Shown here: one piece after another, positions 48,932-59,510 of the stretch | Position numbering within the stretch: position 1 is the first letter of the stretch | How the letters are laid out: the number at the start of each line of letters is the position of its first letter | NCBI GenBank assembly: GCA_963526885.1 | Contig: CAURQH010000008.1 | Span: 21,468 to 85,467, forward strand | Origin: an uncultured Veillonella sp. | GTDB taxonomy: Bacteria; Bacillota; Negativicutes; Veillonellales; Veillonellaceae | Reading direction: 5' to 3' | DNA: 64,000 bases | Position numbers and translations under genes: made by a program | Notes under the pieces: generated by a model | Told to the model about the DNA's origin: nothing | The model's database searches: none | Seen by the model: the letters and a program-made list of their open reading frames with translations, nothing else

Positions 48932-49324
48932 ATGAAAGTATTATCTTGTAATTATTTTGGCAACAATGAAACAATCTATTTCAACGTTAAGCGATTGGCA
49001 GAGTTAGAAACGGCGATTAACAAGCCTATCATGAGTATGATGGCAACAGGCAATCTATCTCTATTCGATATGATTCAGGTATACACCATTGGGATGCAAC
49101 ACATCGACAATGGCAGACGTACACAAGATTTTTATGAAGAAAAAATACAAGAATTGCTTGATTCAGAAGAATATGAGTTAACTGACTTTATTCAAACGGC
49201 TGTAAAAGTATTGCTTGCCAGTGGTGTGTTTGGTAAAAAAGCATACTATAGTGCATTCCCTAACGAGGTAACGCCTACAGTTGAAAAGAAAATCGCTGAG
49301 GAAGAGGAAGAAACAAAAAACTAG
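48932..49324 (+). CDS. Tail assembly chaperone G
   Basis: Between tube and tape measure genes; ends at slippery site AAAAAAC. Confidence 0.8.
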   Translation: MKVLSCNYFGNNETIYFNVKRLAELETAINKPIMSMMATGNLSLFDMIQVYTIGMQHIDNGRRTQDFYEEKIQELLDSEEYELTDFIQTAVKVLLASGVFGKKAYYSAFPNEVTPTVEKKIAEEEEETKN

Positions 49325-49659
49325 AGGGGGGAGATAATGCTCCCCTATCTATATTTGAATGGATAGAACGAGTTAAGCCAATTTGTTACGGATATTTACG
49401 AATGACACCGAGGGAACTAGATGAACTAGTTCCCTTTGATTTCGTGGATCTAGTCGAGGCACATAAGATGGCGACTAAGACGCAAGACGTAAAAGATGCC
49501 TATTATGCGTGCATGATTACCAATGTACAAATTGTAAAAGGTAAGCATATCAAGGTTCAAGATGTGGTGGAAACGTTCCATCCAGTAACACGAATAGACA
49601 GGAAACGAGAAGAACAGCGATTCATTGAAGAATGGACAACCGCAGGAGGTGAGATTTAA
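49315..49659 (+). CDS. Tail assembly chaperone GT extension via -1 frameshift
   Basis: A AAA AAC at 49315-49321, downstream hairpin GGGGAG-ATAATG-CTCCCC, -1 frame open to 49659. Confidence 0.8.
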   Translation, partial: KKLEGGDNAPLSIFEWIERVKPICYGYLRMTPRELDELVPFDFVDLVEAHKMATKTQDVKDAYYACMITNVQIVKGKHIKVQDVVETFHPVTRIDRKREEQRFIEEWTTAGGEI

Positions 49660-52600
49660 TGCGTGAAGAAATAAAGGTCATAATTGGTGGTAATAGCGAG
49701 GGAGCACAACAAGCGATTGCAGAGGTTGGCAATAAGGCAGAAAGTGTACTAGGAAAACGCATGGGGTCGATAGTCTCAAAAGCCTTTAGTGCGTTACCAA
49801 TGGCGGGCATGGTCGCAGGTGTTGCATTGGTTGGCCAAGAGGTGCTAGATCTAGGTGCAAAGGCCACTGCTGTTAGTGACAAGTTCGCATCCATCAAGGC
49901 ACGTATTGATTTAATCAATGATGGCTCACAGTCTACGGCTAGCATTATGGATAAGGTATACCAAGCCTCCGAACGGTCGAGGGGTTCATATACTGACATG
50001 TTGGACAGTGTGGCCAAGCTGAATATGTTGGCGAAAGATAGTTTTTCATCCAATGATGAGGCGATACGATTCGTTGAACAGTTGAATATGCAGTTCAAAT
50101 TGTCGGGTGCTAGTGTAGGCGAAGTATCATCTGCTATGACACAGTTAACGCAAGCGATGGCAGCAGGTCGATTACAAGGTGATGAGTTCAATTCCATCAT
50201 GGAGAATGCTCCGATGTTGGCTCAAGCTATCTCACAAGAAATGGGCGTCCCTATTGGTCAGTTGAAACAGTTAGGGTCAGAGGGTGCAATTACTGCTGAG
50301 GTTATCAAGAATGCATTATTCAATAGTGCAGATGAAACGCAAGCCAAGTTTAATGAAATGCCAATGACATTCCAAGAAGTAGGACAACAATTATCCAATG
50401 CGATGTTTCAAGCTTTCCAACCAGTTATGGAAGAATTATCATCAATGACTGCTAGCGAAGATTTCAAAACGGCGATAGATGGCATAGGGATTGCGATACA
50501 AGGAATGGCAGTTGTTGCTAGTGGAGCGATTGCTTTATTGAAAGTTGCTTTTAATGGGGTCAAGATAGCAATTAGTGGGCTTGCCTCAGTAATAACAACA
50601 TCAGCCAAAATTTGGGGAGGCATATTTACAGCACCATCGATTGCTATTAGAACTTATGGGGTATTGGTAGTAGGATTGATGGGGTATTTCGTCGGCGTAC
50701 GAATTGCGTCAATGGCATTTGCTTCTAGTTTGACGGTGCAGAAAGTCGCAACGATGGCAGTTACTGCTGTTACTAGGGCATATCAAGGAGCCGTTGCATT
50801 GTGTAATACAGTCATGACAGCTTTTAGAGCAAGAGTAATTGCTGGAGCAATTGCAACAGGTACAGCATCTACAGCTATGGCATTTGCACGTGGTGTGATG
50901 ATGGCGTTGCGTGGTAGTATCAGCTTAACAACAATTGCTCAAAAGGCTTTCAATATGGTATTAAAGGCAAATCCAATAGGTATTGTAGTTGCATTGTTGA
51001 GTGCTTTAGCGGCCGCTTTTATAGGTCCAAAGATTGCCACCGAAGGATTAGGGGCAACAATGAGTTCTATTTGGAATAGCATTGTGCATACTGTAACATG
51101 GGCGATTAATCAGATTATACGATTCATCAATATGCTAACAAGTGCATTGAATAGTGTTGGCGGAGTCATTAGCAAAGTACTCAATGTAGACATTGGTAAA
51201 ATTGGAGAGATTAGCGAAATATCCGCAGACGATGCCGAGGGATTTGCTAACAAGACTCAAGAAGTATTCGGAGGTATGGCAAGTGCATTCACTGGAGGTG
51301 GTGACACTACTACTGCAGAAACCGCAACAGAGAGCGGTGGAGGCGGTAGCGGAGGACACGCAGGCGGTGGAGGCGGTTCTGATAATTCATTACAACAAGC
51401 CATCGAGGAGGCTAAACGAGCCCACGAACAAATGACGGATTCATACCGCCAAATGTTTGGAACTAAAGTAGATGAAGTCGAGGCGTGGCGAAAGAAAGAA
51501 CTTGAGGAACTAGACAAATCGAAAGAGCAAAATGCGAATTATAACGAAGATTTGCAAATGCTCAATGAGATGTATGCCAATAAGCGAGAGCAAGCATTGC
51601 ATGAAGAGGCTAAACGAGTTCGAGAAATCAAAAATAGTATTCGTGATATGGATGTGGCTTTCAATATTAAAATTGCTACTACTGATTCCACTGGATCCGT
51701 ATCACCATTTGAGAAATTAAACCAAGAACACGCTGAGGCAATGCGAGAGATTACAGACCGCTACCAAAAGATGAGTGACGAGTTCGCAGAAATGAACGAT
51801 AGGGACAAGAAAACGTATCTTGATTCGTTGAAAGAACGAAATGTAGCTTTTGAATTATCTGAAGATGGCAAAATTACATATTCTGAACGAGTTCGCCAAG
51901 AGGAATTGGCTCAATTAGAGTTATTCAACAAGAAACGTGAAGAATTGTTGCGTACTGGTGCTGAAACAGAATATGCGATTCAAGAGGCTTTGCGTACTCA
52001 AAACTTTGAGGCATTACAAACAGCACTCACTGATGATTATGTGGCACATCAAAACGCATATGAGATGAAGAAAGAACTAATGAACCAATATGTAGAGGCG
52101 GTGAAAGAATCGTATTTCTCCCTTGATGAATTGGTGAATAATTCGCTCATGGCAGGTGTTGGCACATTGAAAGATAGCATAGGCGGATTATTGCAAGGCA
52201 CAATGACATTAACGCAAGCGTTGCAAAATTTAGGCAAGGCAATGATTAAATCCGTAATGGATTATGTAACACAATGGGCATCTGCTCAATTAAAACAAAT
52301 GATTCTAGGGAAGTCATTGCAAGCACAACAAGCAACGGCAAGTATTGCGTCTGCTCAATCTCAAATACCAATATGGTCAAAGTTAGCACAACAAATGTCG
52401 ATGGCTACGTTTGGTGCTAGTGCTACGGCAGGCATGACAGCTTATACAACGGCATCCGCAGGAATGGCGGGCATGAGTTCATTCGGTGGTGGCAGTATCT
52501 TTAGTGGTCGCTTGGATTTTAGCGGCGGACAGATTCAACCAAAAATGAAGATGGCGACAGGTGGGCTTGCTTATGGTCGAACTTTTGCGGAAATTGGCGA

Positions 52601-52823
52601 GGGGCAGTATCCCGAGGCCGTATTGCCATTATCTGATACTGTATTCAGTCGATTAGGCGAGGGCATTCGTGAAAACGGCGGAGGTAGCAATATCACATTG
52701 AATGTAAGTGCTATTGATGCTCACTCATTCGGTAGTTGGTTAGAACATACAGGTGGTAAAGTGTTAAGACAATTCACGGCTAATACTGAACGTGAATTTG
52801 GTACAGAAGTTGGGGTATGGTGA
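49659..52823 (+). CDS. Tape measure protein
   Basis: 1054 aa, QL.QA.A.G.LQGDEFNSIMEN motif, Ala-rich, C-terminal MATGG...GE...EAVLPL. Confidence 0.93.
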   Translation: MREEIKVIIGGNSEGAQQAIAEVGNKAESVLGKRMGSIVSKAFSALPMAGMVAGVALVGQEVLDLGAKATAVSDKFASIKARIDLINDGSQSTASIMDKVYQASERSRGSYTDMLDSVAKLNMLAKDSFSSNDEAIRFVEQLNMQFKLSGASVGEVSSAMTQLTQAMAAGRLQGDEFNSIMENAPMLAQAISQEMGVPIGQLKQLGSEGAITAEVIKNALFNSADETQAKFNEMPMTFQEVGQQLSNAMFQAFQPVMEELSSMTASEDFKTAIDGIGIAIQGMAVVASGAIALLKVAFNGVKIAISGLASVITTSAKIWGGIFTAPSIAIRTYGVLVVGLMGYFVGVRIASMAFASSLTVQKVATMAVTAVTRAYQGAVALCNTVMTAFRARVIAGAIATGTASTAMAFARGVMMALRGSISLTTIAQKAFNMVLKANPIGIVVALLSALAAAFIGPKIATEGLGATMSSIWNSIVHTVTWAINQIIRFINMLTSALNSVGGVISKVLNVDIGKIGEISEISADDAEGFANKTQEVFGGMASAFTGGGDTTTAETATESGGGGSGGHAGGGGGSDNSLQQAIEEAKRAHEQMTDSYRQMFGTKVDEVEAWRKKELEELDKSKEQNANYNEDLQMLNEMYANKREQALHEEAKRVREIKNSIRDMDVAFNIKIATTDSTGSVSPFEKLNQEHAEAMREITDRYQKMSDEFAEMNDRDKKTYLDSLKERNVAFELSEDGKITYSERVRQEELAQLELFNKKREELLRTGAETEYAIQEALRTQNFEALQTALTDDYVAHQNAYEMKKELMNQYVEAVKESYFSLDELVNNSLMAGVGTLKDSIGGLLQGTMTLTQALQNLGKAMIKSVMDYVTQWASAQLKQMILGKSLQAQQATASIASAQSQIPIWSKLAQQMSMATFGASATAGMTAYTTASAGMAGMSSFGGGSIFSGRLDFSGGQIQPKMKMATGGLAYGRTFAEIGEGQYPEAVLPLSDTVFSRLGEGIRENGGGSNITLNVSAIDAHSFGSWLEHTGGKVLRQFTANTEREFGTEVGVW

Positions 52824-53392
52824 TGGAGAAATTGAAGATATTCCCTCAAATTATGTCGTTGGCGTGGAAATCGACAAAAGGGCAAAAGTGGAATACAGTA
52901 CTCAAAACATCAGGCAGTGGCAAGGGACGGTCAATGACTACATGGCAATTACCACAATGGATAATCACGACATCCTTTGCTCACTTGACGGAAGAGCAGT
53001 ATAAGCAAGTCATGGGATTCTTTGCGACTGTTAAGGGTGGACACGAGCCATTTCTTTGGTTAGATCCCGAAGATAACAAAGAAAAAGGCGTTAAGTTAGG
53101 AACTGGAGCAACTAGAGAATGGCAAGCTATACGAATATGGGGCGATTATATTGAACCTATCTACCACATCAAAGACGTCAAGCTGTATGTGAATGGCGTA
53201 GAACACTCATGCGAGGTAGATAATGGCTTAATTCGACTACATGCAGGCGATGAAATACCGCAAGATGCAACGATAACGGCTGATTATTCTTATTATTGGA
53301 AAGTACGACTTTCAGGGGATACATTCACTGCTGAATTAGTCTACAAGAACATTATGAAATCTAAGGAAATGAAATTGGTGACGGTACGATGA
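52823..53392 (+). CDS. Distal tail protein (DUF2460-like)
   Basis: W.T....SG.G......W..P, FF....G....FL..DP, TADYSYY..VR. Confidence 0.75.
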   Translation: MEKLKIFPQIMSLAWKSTKGQKWNTVLKTSGSGKGRSMTTWQLPQWIITTSFAHLTEEQYKQVMGFFATVKGGHEPFLWLDPEDNKEKGVKLGTGATREWQAIRIWGDYIEPIYHIKDVKLYVNGVEHSCEVDNGLIRLHAGDEIPQDATITADYSYYWKVRLSGDTFTAELVYKNIMKSKEMKLVTVR

Positions 53393-54240
53393 AAGAAGTT
53401 AGTAATGTTTTAGAGACACATTTGAATACAGAAAAGCATTTCATGTCATGTGATTTGTATGATATACGGCTTAAAAGTGGTGTATCGTATTACTACGCAG
53501 ACACAGACAAAGATGTTGCCTACGGTGGTAAAGTGTACCGAGTTGATGGGCCAATTATCACAAGAACTCAAATCAAGACTAGTTCCAAAGTGAGTGTAGA
53601 CAAATTGACGTTAACCATCCACTCTGCACCGAATGACACCATAGGCGGAGTACCAATTATGACAGTAGCTCACAATGGTGGCTTTGATGGTGCTACAGTT
53701 CGCCTTATTCGTGTATTCTTTGGCGATGGTGGCGCGGTTATTGGTGGCTTGAATCTATTTCAAGGACAAGCCGAAGTAAAGAGTGGCGGAGGGTTAACCC
53801 TACAATTAGAGGTTAAATCTGTAGTACAAAAGCTCAATACAGAGTGGCCAAACCGTAGATATTACCCTCAATGTCCGTACACTCTATATGATGGTGAATG
53901 TGGGGTCAATATTAAAGAGTACCGCAAACGTGCTGTAGTAACACAAGTGCCAGACCATAACACCGTGGTGTTGAATATTACCCATGATAATGGCTATTAC
54001 ACAGCAGGTGGCATAGAATGGGTAAGCGGTGCATTGGTAGGACAGACAACGCAGGTAATGAAAGATGATGGATCGAGAATTTATTTTATAACTCCATCAG
54101 AGGCTCAACCATCTGTAGGGGATGAGGCATACATCTATCCAGGTTGCGATAAAACACCTGCCACTTGCAAGAATAAGTTCAATAATTTCAGTAGAAATAG
54201 GGCAACGCCTTATGTTCCGTTAAAGGAGACAGTACGATGA
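53389..54240 (+). CDS. Tail hub protein (DUF2163/BR0599, lambda gpL-like)
   Basis: QCPYTLYDGECG and PGCDK...TC..KFNN Cys cluster. Confidence 0.85.
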   Translation: MKEVSNVLETHLNTEKHFMSCDLYDIRLKSGVSYYYADTDKDVAYGGKVYRVDGPIITRTQIKTSSKVSVDKLTLTIHSAPNDTIGGVPIMTVAHNGGFDGATVRLIRVFFGDGGAVIGGLNLFQGQAEVKSGGGLTLQLEVKSVVQKLNTEWPNRRYYPQCPYTLYDGECGVNIKEYRKRAVVTQVPDHNTVVLNITHDNGYYTAGGIEWVSGALVGQTTQVMKDDGSRIYFITPSEAQPSVGDEAYIYPGCDKTPATCKNKFNNFSRNRATPYVPLKETVR

Positions 54241-54683
54241 CAGGTTTAGCAATAGCAAGAGAGGCCATGAATTGGTTAGGCACTCCACATGTTGATAACT
54301 CCATGGCAAAGGGTCATGGGGTTGATTGTGCCCATTTAATATTGGGAGTATTGATTGATTCCAATTTGATAGGCGAGGGCGATATGCATATTGAACACTA
54401 TTCCAATGAGTGGCATTTACACCGTTCGGAAGATAAGTTTTTGAAGTATATGGATCTAATCGCTTATGAGGTTGACATTAATGATTTACAAGTAGGCGAT
54501 TTCATTCTATTTCAATATGGCCGTTGCATTAGTCATGGTGCTATCTATATAGGCGATAACATGGTAGTGCATGCATATGTAGAAATGGGTGTGATTATCT
54601 CTAATTTAGATGATGTTATATTCTACGATAGCAAGGGCAATAGCCGTATACGCAAGGTTTACAGATATAAGGAGCGTGAATAA
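54237..54683 (+). CDS. NlpC/P60 tail tip assembly protein (gpK-like)
   Basis: WLGTP...GVDC, HGAIYIG...VHA. Confidence 0.88.
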   Translation: MTGLAIAREAMNWLGTPHVDNSMAKGHGVDCAHLILGVLIDSNLIGEGDMHIEHYSNEWHLHRSEDKFLKYMDLIAYEVDINDLQVGDFILFQYGRCISHGAIYIGDNMVVHAYVEMGVIISNLDDVIFYDSKGNSRIRKVYRYKERE

Positions 54684-57600
54684 TGGGCGGGTTATTTGGT
54701 CGTGGTGGTGGAATTACTACAAGAACGGACAGAATTTCAGACTTTCAAATTAATAGTGCAAGTTATGGCGAGGTCGTTCCTGTAGTGTTAGGTACTACGC
54801 GATTAAGTGGTAACATCATCCAGTGGGAAGATTTCACCGCACATGAACACCGTACATCACAACGTGTGGGTAAGGGTGGCAAGAAGAAAGCTACAAGCAT
54901 TTCATATACCTATACCGTGGCGGTAGCTATTGGCTTATGCGAGGGTCCGATAAAACGAATAGGTAAGGTATGGCTCGATAAAGAAACATATCAATACCCT
55001 AACGATAAGATAGGTTTAACGGCTTATTTGGGCGAAGTAGGTCAAGCACCGTGGCCGTATGTAGTGAGTAAACATCCCGATAAAGCATTGCCGTATAGTG
55101 GATTATGTTATATGGCAGGTGTTGTTGATATGGGTGAACGTGCTAGCTTGCCTACATTCAACTTTGAAATCCAAGGGCAGTTGTTAGAAACTGGTGATGG
55201 CATTGATGTCAATCCTGCTGATTATATCGTTCATGTGCTTAAATCTGTAGGGATTGAAGAAACGGCGATAGATGGCATTGAGAATTTCAGAGAGTACTGC
55301 AAGCAAGCAGATATTCTGATTAGTTCGCCACCCGAAACCAATACGCAGAAAGCACAGCAAATCGTATCAGATATTGCTGACATCTGTAATTGCTATCTGT
55401 TTTGGTCGAATGATAGGCTTAAAATCGTACCATTGGCAGACAAGCCAATTAAAACATGGGAGCCACGGTCACAAATTCAATATGATCTAACAGAAGATGA
55501 TTTCCTAAGCGGTAGCGATGGGCGACTAGTTGAGTATAAACGTAAATCGAACAGTGAAAGTTATAATACGGCTACTGTTGAGTTCATTAACCGTGCTAAT
55601 TCCTACGAGAAAGAGGCCGTTACATTCGAGGTATTGGCAGATGTTCAACGAAATGGCATGAAACCTGCTCCGAGTTATTCGGCTCATTACATCTACACGA
55701 AAGCAAGGGCAATGTATTTGGCGGAACAATTAGCCATGAAACGACTATATGAACGTAATCAATATTCGTTCAAATTGGATTGGGCGTTTTGTCGATTAGA
55801 GCCGGGCGACTTAGTGACGTTGACTGAAAGTACATGCGGATTGCACAAGCAAATCGTGGTGATTACTGATGTTCAAGAGGCACAAGACGGCGAATTACAA
55901 ATTACGGCGATTGGTAAGCCACCTGGCATGTATGCACCAACGAAATATGATGTGCATGAGAATGAACGACCGTTTGTCGATTATAATAAGCCTGCTCAAT
56001 CAATACTGGATGCCACGTTTATTCAACCACCTGCTGATGTGGTAGGACAGGGGCAAGAGCTATGGGTTGGAGTATCCACGCCACAAGAGTGGGGAGGGTG
56101 CGAGGTATGGATGAGTGATGATCCGACAGCTAACTTCCAATCTATGGGCATGTTGAATACTACTGCACGAATAGGTAAGCTAGTAAGCCCATTATCTGCT
56201 GATAGCAATTCGTGTATTGTTCGCATGGTCAATGGCATATTAAAGAGTGGCACACATATTGACGCAGAACGAGGGAATACCGTTTGTTATATTAATGGCG
56301 AGTGCTTATCGTACGAAACGGCAACACTTAATATAGATGGCACTGTAACGTTGAATAACCTTGTTAGAGGGCAGTTCAATACGCCTATAGGTAGTCATAG
56401 TGCAGGGGATAAGCTAAGCCGTCTTGATGAGGCTTTTATGCGTATTCCATACCGCAAGCAAGATGTAGGTAAGAAGATTTATGCGAAGTTTACATCGCTT
56501 AATAATCTAGGTGGCCAACAAGAGGATATTTCACGAGTTAAGCAATACGAGTACACCATCCAAGAGTATTTTATCCCAGAGGTTAGCGAGTTTACTCTAT
56601 CTAACAAATACCGCCAATTAGGTGGTAAAGCGATTGCGTATGATTTAGTCGCCAAGTTTATTCCACCTAACCTTAAAACACTATCCACGGTGGTGGCATG
56701 GTATAGAGAGCAAGGTACAAGCGAATGGATTTATGGCGGAGATGGCAATGGTCAAATTGTCATTAGTCAATGTGAAGTAGGTAAAACGTATGATGTGAAA
56801 TTGCAAGTTAAAGATATCAATGGGAACTATTCCGAGGGTATCGTAAAATCGTTGCAGATTGCATTAAAGAGTGATAAACCGAATACGCCCGATGGGTTCA
56901 CTATTCGATTTGCTGAACAAGCGATTTATAATTGGCGAGAGGTCACGAATGCAGATGTAGACTTTTACGAAGTCCGATTGAATACCGCAACAGGTAACGA
57001 TGATGGATTACTTGCTAAGAGTAGCAATACCACAGCCTCTAGTTTGTTACAAAATAGGCAAGGCGCGGTGTACTTATATGCACATAATCCAGTCAAAGGT
57101 TATTCCGCTCCTGCTATATTGGAATACAACGTGCCTAAGCCGATAACACCTACAGATGTAACGGTTAAAACTACCATGAATGGGTTAGTCGTTACATACT
57201 CTCCTATTCCTAGTGGGTCACATCATGCCAATATTTATGTGAATGAACAACGATACCAATCCACAGCGAATACTATCTTTATACCGATAGAGGCAGGCGT
57301 TCATAAGGTCAAAGTCGCTTATGTAGATATATTCGGCGAGGGTGATACAAGTGACGAGCAATTGGCTATAGTCAAAGCTGAAATACCACCCGAATTGATG
57401 AAAGCACAGAATGACGCAATAGCTAATATCGATGCAAGGACGAAAGAATTAGATAAGGCAGTACAAGCCATTGATAACAAGGTAGTTCAGACAGTGACAA
57501 ATGAAGTAACTGGAATGAGTAGCCGTATTACCGCCTTAGATAACTTAATCAATCAGAAAGTACAAGATGTGAATAACAACGTTAATTCACAAATAACGCA

Positions 57601-58396
57601 ATTAACCAATAGTATTGACTTGAAAGTTCAAAATGGTATTAATTCTATCAGTGGCGATACACTTGTTAGTCGTATCAATTTATCGTCAGAGGGTACACGA
57701 ATTGACGGCAAATTACTCCATGTAACAGGTCGAGCATTATTTGATGATAATATCATAACAAGTAAGATGTTACAGGCTAGTGCTGTTACGGCAGATAAAA
57801 TCAAGGTAGATTCATTGAGTTCTATCACTGCCAATGTAGGCACGCTGACAGGTGGCACGATTACAGGTAGTACAATCGTAGGTACTACTATTCAGAACGC
57901 CAGTGGCACATTTAGTGTATCAAGCGAGGGTGTAATCAAAGGGGCAACGATAGACGCTCAATCGTTTAGGAAGTCAGGATTTGAGATTTCGGCTGTTAAG
58001 CAAGAAGTATACACGTTAGCAGATGGTGCTTCTGTTCCATGTCCAGAAGGATACAAAAGAGAAGATTGTATATACATAGTTTTGTCAATTAAAAACCTCA
58101 AAAGTATAGGGTCGTATCGATACTCTTATAATAAAACCAAAGAGATGAAAGAATTTGACAAATTTTTTCCTAATATAGAAGATATGAAGTTTGTCGGCGT
58201 ATCAAGTATGCATTTAGATTCAGTTGGAAACCTTGGGAAAGAGGAGATGGACCAAAGAGTCGGTGTAAGTAAAGATTATATATTAATTGCGAAAAGGCGT
58301 TCAATAGTGAGTCATAGCGGGAAAAATGGCTCATACAATACAATCCACTACTACACTGGTTATGCAGACGTTATTTGTATAGCTTTTAAGAAATAA
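54683..58396 (+). CDS. Tail tip / central fibre protein (Phage-tail_3, gpJ-like, FN3 repeats)
   Basis: YGEVVPVV.GT.RLSGNIIQ, GLCEGPI..IG.VW, LEPGD.V, coiled coil, variable C-terminus. Confidence 0.88.
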   Translation: MGGLFGRGGGITTRTDRISDFQINSASYGEVVPVVLGTTRLSGNIIQWEDFTAHEHRTSQRVGKGGKKKATSISYTYTVAVAIGLCEGPIKRIGKVWLDKETYQYPNDKIGLTAYLGEVGQAPWPYVVSKHPDKALPYSGLCYMAGVVDMGERASLPTFNFEIQGQLLETGDGIDVNPADYIVHVLKSVGIEETAIDGIENFREYCKQADILISSPPETNTQKAQQIVSDIADICNCYLFWSNDRLKIVPLADKPIKTWEPRSQIQYDLTEDDFLSGSDGRLVEYKRKSNSESYNTATVEFINRANSYEKEAVTFEVLADVQRNGMKPAPSYSAHYIYTKARAMYLAEQLAMKRLYERNQYSFKLDWAFCRLEPGDLVTLTESTCGLHKQIVVITDVQEAQDGELQITAIGKPPGMYAPTKYDVHENERPFVDYNKPAQSILDATFIQPPADVVGQGQELWVGVSTPQEWGGCEVWMSDDPTANFQSMGMLNTTARIGKLVSPLSADSNSCIVRMVNGILKSGTHIDAERGNTVCYINGECLSYETATLNIDGTVTLNNLVRGQFNTPIGSHSAGDKLSRLDEAFMRIPYRKQDVGKKIYAKFTSLNNLGGQQEDISRVKQYEYTIQEYFIPEVSEFTLSNKYRQLGGKAIAYDLVAKFIPPNLKTLSTVVAWYREQGTSEWIYGGDGNGQIVISQCEVGKTYDVKLQVKDINGNYSEGIVKSLQIALKSDKPNTPDGFTIRFAEQAIYNWREVTNADVDFYEVRLNTATGNDDGLLAKSSNTTASSLLQNRQGAVYLYAHNPVKGYSAPAILEYNVPKPITPTDVTVKTTMNGLVVTYSPIPSGSHHANIYVNEQRYQSTANTIFIPIEAGVHKVKVAYVDIFGEGDTSDEQLAIVKAEIPPELMKAQNDAIANIDARTKELDKAVQAIDNKVVQTVTNEVTGMSSRITALDNLINQKVQDVNNNVNSQITQLTNSIDLKVQNGINSISGDTLVSRINLSSEGTRIDGKLLHVTGRALFDDNIITSKMLQASAVTADKIKVDSLSSITANVGTLTGGTITGSTIVGTTIQNASGTFSVSSEGVIKGATIDAQSFRKSGFEISAVKQEVYTLADGASVPCPEGYKREDCIYIVLSIKNLKSIGSYRYSYNKTKEMKEFDKFFPNIEDMKFVGVSSMHLDSVGNLGKEEMDQRVGVSKDYILIAKRRSIVSHSGKNGSYNTIHYYTGYADVICIAFKK

Positions 58397-58411
58397 CAAG
58401 GAGAATAAACC

Positions 58412-58732
58412 ATGCATTATATATTCGACAGTACAGGCTCTTGCGTTATCACATCTCAAACACCCATAGAACCAATCGAGGGTTATTCAGCCGTTGAAAG
58501 CACAGAAGTATATAACCCATGGGAAATACGGCTAGTAGATGGTGCAATCGTCACGCAAGAGCCAAAAGAAGAACCTACAGAAGAACATCCACAGGAACTT
58601 ACTGAGAGAAATGAGGATGTTACATTACCACCGTCTGTAGAGGATTTAGCGGAAAGTGTGGCAGGATTATATGAGCTGTTAGCAAGCGTAGTTCCTCCGA
58701 GCGAGGAAGAAAGCGAGGGCAAACATGAATAA
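58412..58732 (+). CDS. Tail-associated hypothetical protein
   Basis: AAGGAG RBS; position. Confidence 0.65.
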   Translation: MHYIFDSTGSCVITSQTPIEPIEGYSAVESTEVYNPWEIRLVDGAIVTQEPKEEPTEEHPQELTERNEDVTLPPSVEDLAESVAGLYELLASVVPPSEEESEGKHE

Positions 58733-58937
58733 TGGCAGAGCGATTTATGATTATGTGAAAGGAAAGATTACAATGAAAGTACAAGAATTTATGATTCCAG
58801 TTTATGGTTATTTGGTATCCGCAGGAAAATATGCATTAACAAAAAAAGACCGCAAAGAGGGTCAAAAGGTAATTCCAGTTGCTTATATCGAGGCAGTAGC
58901 AGAATGGATTGCTAAACGAGTAGAAGAAGAACAATAA
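58725..58937 (+). CDS. CD1375-like small phage protein
   Basis: MIPVY..LV.AGKY.......IP..Y.EAV.E pattern; start uncertain. Confidence 0.6.
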   Translation: MNNGRAIYDYVKGKITMKVQEFMIPVYGYLVSAGKYALTKKDRKEGQKVIPVAYIEAVAEWIAKRVEEEQ

Positions 58938-59000
58938 GGAATGATGATAGAGGTCGGCACAAGTTGTCGACCTTTTATCGTACAAAGAAAGAGGTAATCA

Positions 59001-59342
59001 ATGTACAGCGGATTAGTACGAGCAAATATTGAACTCTATACAGGCATTGATAACGTGGTTGAATTGACACTAGACGATGGTACAAGTGCGGTTAAATTTG
59101 ATGGAGGTACATTCACGGCAGTATTTAAGCGACACGTTGACGATAGAACGCCAGTATTGACGGCTAGCATGACGGCTACTGGTAATGTGGTAGTGTTGTC
59201 GTTAACCGCAGAGCAAATGAAAGCAGTAGGTCGCATACCATCACATGGAGCAGTACTGTATTACGATATCGTGCAAGAGGTCGATGGACAAACTAATGGT
59301 ATTGCCTTTGGTCGTGCCTATGTAAGGGGTGGTATTCGATGA
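59001..59342 (+). CDS. BppU-N-like tail adaptor domain protein
   Basis: Beta-sandwich pattern with L.LT..Q and YYDI. Confidence 0.55.
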   Translation: MYSGLVRANIELYTGIDNVVELTLDDGTSAVKFDGGTFTAVFKRHVDDRTPVLTASMTATGNVVVLSLTAEQMKAVGRIPSHGAVLYYDIVQEVDGQTNGIAFGRAYVRGGIR

Positions 59343-59509
59343 ACAGGGTAACGATACGATACAACAAGCCCTATAGGGTCATTGTCAATCCACGTGATGA
59401 TGAGGTGGAATTGATTAACGAGGAAGATGGGGGAACTGGATCTGAATCCAATCCCACATTAGAAGATAGAGATTTTTTGACATTATACATTTTAGAGCGA
59501 GGTAAATAA
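59339..59509 (+). CDS. Small hypothetical protein (56 aa, not in ORF track)
   Basis: ATGA overlap; MNRVTIRYNKPYRVIV...DFLTLYILERGK. Confidence 0.6.
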   Translation: MNRVTIRYNKPYRVIVNPRDDEVELINEEDGGTGSESNPTLEDRDFLTLYILERGK

Positions 59510-59510
59510 T

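Noticed and set aside
42445..52237. Many long minus-strand ORFs opposite structural genes
   Set aside because: Antisense shadows of well-supported plus-strand genes, without RBS or recognisable motifs
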